In this document: positions 56,005 through 64,000 of the stretch, piece by piece
Layout of the letters: the number at the start of each line of letters is the position of its first letter
Numbering within the stretch: position 1 is the stretch's first letter
DNA from: Ostrea edulis
Taxonomy: Eukaryota
Direction of reading: 5' to 3'
Assembly (NCBI RefSeq): GCF_947568905.1
Contig: NC_079166.1
Coordinates: forward strand, 9,300,001-9,364,000
DNA length: 64,000 bases
Notes under the pieces: model-generated
What the model was told of the DNA's origin: nothing
The model's input: only the letters and a program-made list of their open reading frames with translations
The model's database searches: none
Translations under genes and position numbers: made by a program

Positions 56005-57225
56005 TTAAGGAATTCTCTTCTAATTCAAAAGTGTTAAGATATAGGAATTCCACTATTCATGTAGCAGTTTCGATTTAATTTCAACGAAAAAGAAACACGT
56101 ACATAAACGGAAATCCCGGAGGAGAAAACATTAGAATAGCTACCAAACTGTAATCGATGTAGTCCTTGACAATCTCTCCATATACAGGTAAACTGTTTTT
56201 TCTTTCTTTTTCTTCTTGATTTTGCATTTCAATACATTTGATATCACGCTAAAGTTCTCTATTTGTTTAACAGAGAAAAACAAAATCGCCACATTATATT
56301 CTTCGTATTTCTGATGAATTACTCATGTATGAACAAGAATATTATATGTCTGATATTATCTGATATGTTATTTTGGTGAAAATATGAAATGTAAGAACAC
56401 AGCTTTAAAATTTGTTGTTAGTTTTTGTTTATCGCATTGATATAAAGCTAAATTCCCGTACAAAGTTTCCACTTTCACTTTCGTATTTCGTTCATTTCTT
56501 TTTTTTTTTTTAGAAATCAAGAAGTTTCGATAACTCTAATCGTTGAAGAATGGACCTTTAAACTTTTCGTCCGATTCTCCGAATGTAATGTATTCTTTAG
56601 ATGATGATTGTATGTGTGTGTTTGTGTGTGTGTGTGGACAATCCTCTGAATCCGTGAAAGTATAAATATTTTACTTCATCTGACTTTGAATTTACATGTA
56701 CACTATAACTCCTCTTGGCAATCACTGAGTTTTGCTGCTTTCATGGGAGGGGGATGATTACGCGCAAATCTATAAAGTGTAAATGTACTCCGGATGCTTT
56801 ATGTTTAAAAAACACGCTTATTTGCTGTATATCAATTGTTCACAGTCAAATTTAATGGTACGAATATGGTCGCATTCCATTGATGTGTAATTATAATATA
56901 TAGTGTATAAAATCTGTATTTATATATTTATGAGATTAACATTTGAACCCAGGCCTTGATTTCTCGAAATGAACTTAAGTCGAAACTTGGACTTGAGTCT
57001 GAGATTTTGCTCAAATTTTGATTGCTCAAATAAAGGAAAATTCAAACTGAAGTTTAAGATTTTTTTTTCGACATAATCCGAACCCCCCCCCCCCCCCCCC
57101 CCCCCCCCCTCCACATATATTTACGTCAGTCATTTACTTTGCCTATAATGTTGGCGTCCGTCATCATGGCAGCAAAACTACATTCCATTAAAGATGTTCG
57201 CACCTGACATTTGGAGTAATGTCAA

Positions 57226-57235
57226 TTTTTAGCTT

Positions 57236-57276
<41 letters not shown>

Positions 57277-60200
57277 TGTCCGTCGTCTATCGGTCCGTCT
57301 GTCTGTCTGTCCGTCTGTCTGTAAACTTTTTACATTTTCTACTTCTTCTCCAGAACCACTGGGCCAATTTTAACAAAACTTGACTAAAAACATCCTTGAT
57401 GCAGGGCTTTCTAGTTTCTTCAAATGAAGGGCCATGTTGTTTTTAAAGGTGAGATAATCACAAAAATGCAAAAATAGGGTGGGGTCATTTAAAAATCTTC
57501 CTAAGAACCACTGGGCCAGAAAAGATGAAATTTACATGAAAGCTTCCTGACATAGTGCAGATTCAAGTTTGTTGAAATCATGGCCCCATCGGGTTGGATG
57601 GGGCCACAATAGGGTATCAAAGTTTTACATACATATATATAGGAAACATCTTCTCAAGAACCACTGAGCCAGTAAAACTGAGATTTACATGAAAGCTTCC
57701 TGACATAGTGCAGATTCAAGATTGTAAAAATCATGGCCCCCTGGGGTAAGATAAGGCCACAAGAGGGGATCAAAGTTTTACATAGAAATATATAGGGACA
57801 ATCTTTAAAAATCTTCTCAAAAACTACTGGCCAGGAAAGTGGAAATTTACATAAAGCCCTCCTGATATGATGCAGATTCAAGTTTGTTAAGATCATGGTC
57901 CCCGGGGGTAGGATGGGGCCACAATAGGGGATCAAAATTTTACATGCAAATATATAGGAAGCATATTTAAAAATCTTCTTCTCAAGAACCGCTGAGTCAG
58001 AAAAGCTGAGATTTACATGAAAGCCTCCTGACATAATACAGATTCAGCTTGTTAAAATCATTGCCCCTGGGGTATCATGGAGCTACACTAGGTGATTAAA
58101 GTTTTAAATACAAATATATTTGAAATTTTTTAAAATCCTCTTCTCAAGAACGACTGAGCCAGAAAAGTTGAGATTTACATGAAAGCTTCCTGACATAATG
58201 CAGATTAAAATGTGTTCAAATCACGGCCCCGGGGGATTAGTGGGGCCATAATAGGGAATCAAAGTTTTACATACAAATATATAGGAACAATCTTTAAAAA
58301 TCTTCATCTCAAGAACCACTGAGCCATAAAAGGTGAGATTTACATGAAATCTTTTTGACATAATGCAGATTCAGGTTTGTGCAAATCAAGGCTCCCGGAG
58401 GTTGGATGGGTCACAATAGGGGATCAACCTTTTGAATACAAATATATAGATACAATCTTTAAAAATCTTCTTCTGAAGAACCACTGAGCTAGAAAAGCTG
58501 ATATTAACATTTGAGCTTGATGACACATTGCAGATTTAAGTTTGTTAAAATCATGGCCTCGGGGTGTAGGATGGGGCAACAAGGGGGGGGGGGGTGAAAG
58601 TTTTACATAACAATATATTGGGAAAATCTTTAAAAAACTTTTTCTCAAAACCTACTGGGCCAGGAAAGTCAAAATTTACATGAGAGCTTCCTGACATAAT
58701 GCAGATTCTAGTTTGTTAAGATCATAGCCCCTAGGAGTATGATTGGGCCAGAATAGGGAGATCAAAGTTTTTCATACAAATATATAGATACAATCTTTAA
58801 AAATCTTCTTCTCAATAACCACTGAGCCAGAAAAGCTGATATTTACATAAAAGCTTTCTGACATATTTTATATTTAAGTGTGTTAAAAGCATGGCCCCGG
58901 GGGTAGAATAGGGCCACAAGGGGATCAAATTTTTGCATACAAATATATAGGGAACATATTTAAAATCTTTTTCTCAAAAACTACTGGGCCAGGATAGTGG
59001 AAATTTACATGGAAGCCTCCTGACATAATGCACATCTAAGTTTGTGAAAATGATGGCCCTCGGGCGTAGGATGGGGCCACAAGGGGGGATCGAAGTTTTA
59101 CATACAATGTACAAATATATAGGGAAAATCTATAAAAAATCTTTTTCTCAAGAACCACGGAGACGGAAAAGCTGATAATTACATGAAAACTTCGTGACAT
59201 ATTACAGATTTAAGATGGTTAAAATCTTGGCCTCCGGGGGAAGGATGGGGCTACAAGGGGGGGGATCAAATTTTTAAACATACAAATATATAGGGAAAAT
59301 CTTTAAAAAACCTTTTCTCAAAAATTACTTGGCCAGGATAGTGAAAATTTACTTGGAAGCCTCCTGAGATAATGCAAATCCAGGTTTGTAAAAATCATGG
59401 CCCCCGGCCGTAGGATGGGGCCACAAGGGGAGATCAAATTTTTGTATACAAATGTTTAGAGAAAATCTTTAAAAATCTTCTTTTCAAGAACCACTGAGCC
59501 AGAAAAGCTGATATTTACATAAAAGCTTTCTGACATATTGCAAATTTAAGTTTATTAAAATCATGGCCCCTGTGGGTTGGATGGGGCCACAAGGGGTGGG
59601 TGGGGGTGGGTGAAAGTTTTACATACCAATATATTGGGAAAATCTTTTTAAAAAAAACTTTATCTAAAAATCTACTGAGCCAGGAAATTGGAAATTTACT
59701 TGAGAACTCCCTGACATAATGCAGATTCAAGTTCTAAAAATCATGGCCCCCGGCTGTAGGGTGGGGCCAGAAGCGTAGATCAAATTTTTGTATACAAATA
59801 TATAGAGAAAATCTTCAAAAATCTTCTTCTCAATAACCACTGAGCCAGAAAAGCTGATATTTACATAAAAGCTTTCTGACATATTGTAAAATTAAGCTTG
59901 TTAAAATCATGGCCCACGGGGATAGGATGGGGCCACAAGGGGAGTTCAAATTTTTACATACAAATATACATGTATAGGGAAAATCTTTAAAAATCCTTTT
60001 CTTAAAAACTACTTGGCCAGGAAAGTGGAAATTTACATGAAAGCTTCCTGACATACAACATGTAATGCAGATTGAAGTTTGTAAAAATCATGGCCCCCGG
60101 GCGTAGGTTGGGGACACGAGGGGGATCAAACTTTTACATACAGATATATAGGGACAATCTATAAAAAATCAAGAACCACAGAGACAGAAAAGGTGATATT

Positions 60201-61277
60201 TACAGTTTCCTGACATATTGCAGATTGAAGTTTGTGAAAATCATGGCCCTGGGGTAGGATGGGGCCATAAGGAGGATCAAATTTTTTAACATACAAATAT
60301 ATAGGGAAATATTAAAAAAAAAAACATTTTCAAATATTACTGGGCCAGGAAAGTGGAAATTTACATGGAAGCTTCCTGACATAATGCAAATTCAGGTTTG
60401 TAAAAATCATGGCCCTCGGGCGTAGGATGGGGCCACAAGGGAGGGGGGGTGTCAAATTTTTACATATAAATATAGAGGGACAATCTATAAAAATCTTCTT
60501 CTTAAGAACCACGCAGACAGAAAAGCTGATAATTACATGAAATCTTCCCGACATATTGCAGATTTAAGCTTGTTAAACTCTTGCCTTCCGGGGGTAGGAT
60601 GGGGCCACAAGGGGGGAATCATGTTTTTTAACATACAAGTATATAGGAAAAATCTTTAAAAAACTTTTTCTCAAAATCTACGGAGCCAGGAAAGTGGAAA
60701 TTTACATGAGAGTTACCTGCANNNNNNNNNNNNNNNNNNNNNNNNNNNNNNNNNNNNNNNNNNNNNNNNNNNNNNNNNNNNNNNNNNNNNNNNNNNNNNN
60801 NNNNNNNNNNNNNNNNNNNNNNNNNNNNNNNNNNNNNNNNNNNNNNNNNNNNNNNNNNNNNNNNNNNNNNNNNNNNNNNNNNNNNNNNNNNNNNNNNNNN
60901 NNNNNNNNNNNNNNNNNNNNNAAGCCCAGAAAAAGCTGATATTTACACGACAGCTCCTGACATATTGCAGATTTACGTTTGTCAAAATCATGGTCCCATG
61001 GGTATAGATGGGGCCACAATGGAGATCAAAGTTTTGCATACAAATATATAGGGAAAAATCTTTAAAAATCTTCTGAAAAAGCACTGGACCAGAAAAGTTT
61101 ACATTCACATGAAAGCTTCCTGACCTTAGTCCAGATTCAATTTTGAAAAATATCATGGCCCCCGGAGTAGGTTGGGGTCACAATAAGGATGAAAGTTTTA
61201 CATGCGATATATAGGATATTCTCTAAATATGAGCCAAGGTGACTCAGGTGAGCGATGTGATCCATGGGCCTCTTGTT
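57226..61277 (+). mobile_element. HINE (non-autonomous Helentron derivative) with central ~165-bp satellite array
   Basis: 5' subTIR (tagcttacctgag), (gtct/gtcc)n microsatellite, over 20 monomers with AAGCTT in many, 3' subTIR (ctcaggtgagc) and terminal palindrome. Matches the known bivalve HINE architecture. Confidence 0.85.
60722..60921. other. Assembly gap (200 N)
   Basis: Run of N inside the satellite array. Confidence 1.
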
Positions 61278-62190
61278 TGGGAATTATATTTTTAATTTCT
61301 ACGTTGAAGGAAAATTAAGAAACTGAAAAGAAAAACTGAGGTCGCAATACTTGTTATTAAGCCAGTGTTCTAAACATGACCATTTTGCACGTAAAAGTTA
61401 TTCAATCAAACTTGATTTGTCTGTTGGTATCGACACAATATAAGCAACAGAAATTAATCATCTCATAAAATATATACATAATCATGTTCTCTAACAATAC
61501 AGATAAAAAGAAGTTTAATGCAAGTAATGGAAAATTAGTAATGACCTTTTTGCACTTCATATTACAAAAAATAATCATGATATCAAATTTGAGAGTTTAA
61601 AAAGACATACATGTATTAGTAGTAGTGTCAATTTCTACACTTTCACATGATTTTCAAGGAAAAAAAAATGGGGGTTGGAGACCAATATTTAAATTATTGG
61701 CAAAAAATATTGAATTTTTATTCAAAATTTCTAGTAAATTAATTAAAACTTTTTTAACAATCGGTGTTCTATTTCGAAAAATATATCAACCAAACTAATA
61801 AATTACAACATTTGATCTGGTTCCAATTCTCAACTATTTGTATCATAAATTATAAAACTGAAATATCCTAGAGGGGTATAAAAATAGAAGATATATTAGA
61901 TGAATCGGAAACTGTAATATCACGCAGATTTAGAACTTTTACCAGAATTCTACCACAAAATATAGTCCCTGCAAAACCCTTTCCAAATTTGAATTGACAC
62001 AATTGTTTTTCAACTGGATAGGATTCAGTAATAAATGTGTAATATGTTTGCACCAATGAGATCAGTATTGAACCAGTAAATACTTAGTTGTAACGTCATG
62101 CGCAGTTGTACTCAATAGCTCAGGAGATAACTTCCTTAAAAGATTTATTTGTACCAACAAAATCTGAAAAATCAATTACTTTCTAAAATA

Positions 62191-63679
62191 TACTAGCGGA
62201 AAAAAGAAACTGTACATTATTTAATACATGTATATGAAAAAGTAGTAAGAAATAACAATGGATTTTTAAAAAAAATTTGTAATACTATTAACAAATGTAT
62301 TCGTTAGAACATTTCATAATCCATTAATGTTAACGTCAATTTCAGCACACTCGAAAGATACTGGTATTCGAACTTGAATTAACAAAGTTAATAACGCGTA
62401 TGATCACTATTTGCATTCAAGCATGCTTGACAATGGCGTCTCATTGATGCCACTAAAGTGTTCAGAAATGCTTGAGGGATGTTGTTCCAGATGTTGGTTA
62501 AAACCTGGCCTAAATCAGCCAATGTCACTCGCTGATTTGGTAAACGGCGTAGACGTCGTTCCATTTCATCCCAGACGTGCTCGATCGGTGATAAATAGGG
62601 GGAAACAGTTGGCGCAGGCAAGACATCGACATTCTGTTGAACAAAAAAGTCTCTGACTACACGTGCAACATGTGGCCTTGCGTTGTCTTGCTGCAGAGTA
62701 ATGTGATTTTGCTGTTTCTGTATGAAAGGTATCACAATGCGCTGAATAATTTCTTCTCGATAGCGTACGTCAGGGATATTTCCATTGACAATTTGTAGAG
62801 GGGTCATTCCACGTGCTGTTATTCCACCCCACACCATAACGCTACCTCCACCGAATTGTCGACGTTGCACAACACAATGGTTCTGGTACCGCTCCCCAAC
62901 GCGACGATACACTCAATGGCCGTCATTGCTATCCAAATGAAATCTGGATTCATCAGTGAACAGAATATTGGCCCAGTCCTGTATTCTGAATCGCAGATGT
63001 CGTCTAGCGATACGATGACGTTGAAGCAGTATTGGGCGCACCGCTGGACGTATTGGTCTGATGTTGTGCTCGCCCAGACGATTACGCACAGTTCTTGGAC
63101 TGATTGGTCGAAGTCCAGGAATGCTACGAGCAGTCAAACTTGCTGTCTGGAAACGATTCCTCAGGTGCACAAGTCTAATGTGGTTGTCCTGTCGACGCGA
63201 CGTCACACGAGAACGCCAGAACGTGGTCGATCCCGAGTGTTACCAGATTGTTGGAAACGTCTCCATAATGACCGGATGGTGTTCCAATGAACCCCAAAGT
63301 GTCTTGCTACGATATTTTGTGCCATTCCAGCTTGACGCATCCCAACAGCACGATTACGTTGGTTTTCGCTGAGTCGTGGCATGACAGAAGGGTATAGTTT
63401 GTCAAAACTAAAGTGCTTTCCTTAGCGAATAGTGTCCAAACAAACCTTTTACACTTCTTACTCCAAACACTATTGGCCAGTAAAACTCGTGCGTACGAAC
63501 ACTTCAGTAAACAACAAGTTTTCACTAACCATGAAAAAGTCCGTGCATCTGAGTCGGGTACTATCCGATGTTGTTCAAAAACATCACCTTTATCGATTGT
63601 TTAGATTTTATCAATATAAACAATAAATATAGAAAAATTATACTAAATTTATAATTGCACATTTTTTTCCCCGCTAGTA
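62191..63679 (-). mobile_element. Decayed Tc1/mariner DNA transposon
   Basis: TIRs tactagcgg(a/g)aaaaa, TA TSD on both sides. Transposase 63382-62388 (MPRLS.., FTDES, QQDNARPH, LSPIEHVWD) broken by a frameshift near 63215 and a stop at 62913. Confidence 0.9.
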
Positions 63680-63828
63680 TACATGTATTTACATTTCTAC
63701 GTTTTTGAATTTTGTTTTTAGAGCATATCAAACTATGGCCTATTCAAATGCAGGGGGAAGTTATTTAGAATCAAGTCTTGCGGAAAATTTCATTGATGAA
63801 CCATGCGAATCTAAAGATTGTGGACGTA

Positions 63829-63834
<6 letters not shown>

Positions 63835-63882
<48 letters not shown>
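63835..63882. repeat. (TC)n microsatellite
   Basis: Directly visible. Confidence 0.95.
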
Positions 63883-63886
<4 letters not shown>

Positions 63887-64000
63887 AAATCGATTTCGAT
63901 GTAAAACCACTAGAGCTACCTTTGAAATGGAAGATTGGTGGCCCAAATATTTTTTTTCTAAATGAATTATTAGTATGTTTTAAAACACAAGACTTGCGTA

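Noticed and set aside
57654-61156. Repeated MSGSFHVN.. ORFs
   Set aside because: Translations of satellite monomers.

Overview
AT-rich animal genomic DNA. The repeat content (Naiad-type Penelope-like elements, a HINE carrying a ~165-bp satellite array) suggests a bivalve, probably an oyster; this is inference. The centre holds a complete 20,184-bp Polinton/Maverick endogenous dsDNA virus (20556-40739) with AGTAGT/ACTACT ends, ~333/366-bp TIRs and a 6-bp TACATG target-site duplication. Its core module comprises pPolB, packaging ATPase, integrase (catalytic core intact, C-terminal part deleted), minor and major capsid proteins, adenain-like protease and basic core-protein candidates. Its accessory arm is unusually rich: IAP, macrodomain, RING protein, a GADD34/DP71L-like PP1 adaptor, four tandem Bcl-2-like paralogues, a catalytically dead CRESS-Rep-like HUH domain and a zinc-knuckle protein. 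The most striking signal is that three accessory genes end in replication-dependent-histone-type 3' stem-loops. Two of them also share a histone-downstream-element-like motif and a 26-bp upstream promoter motif. The host flanks contain four paralogous 3-exon UBL + half-RING1/IBR/RING2 (RBR-like) E3 genes, a stand-alone 85-aa ubiquitin-like gene ending RLPGG-L placed head-to-head with one of them, and a USP His-box exon, plus a decayed Tc1 element and other repeats. All family assignments come from motif recognition by eye; no database search was run.
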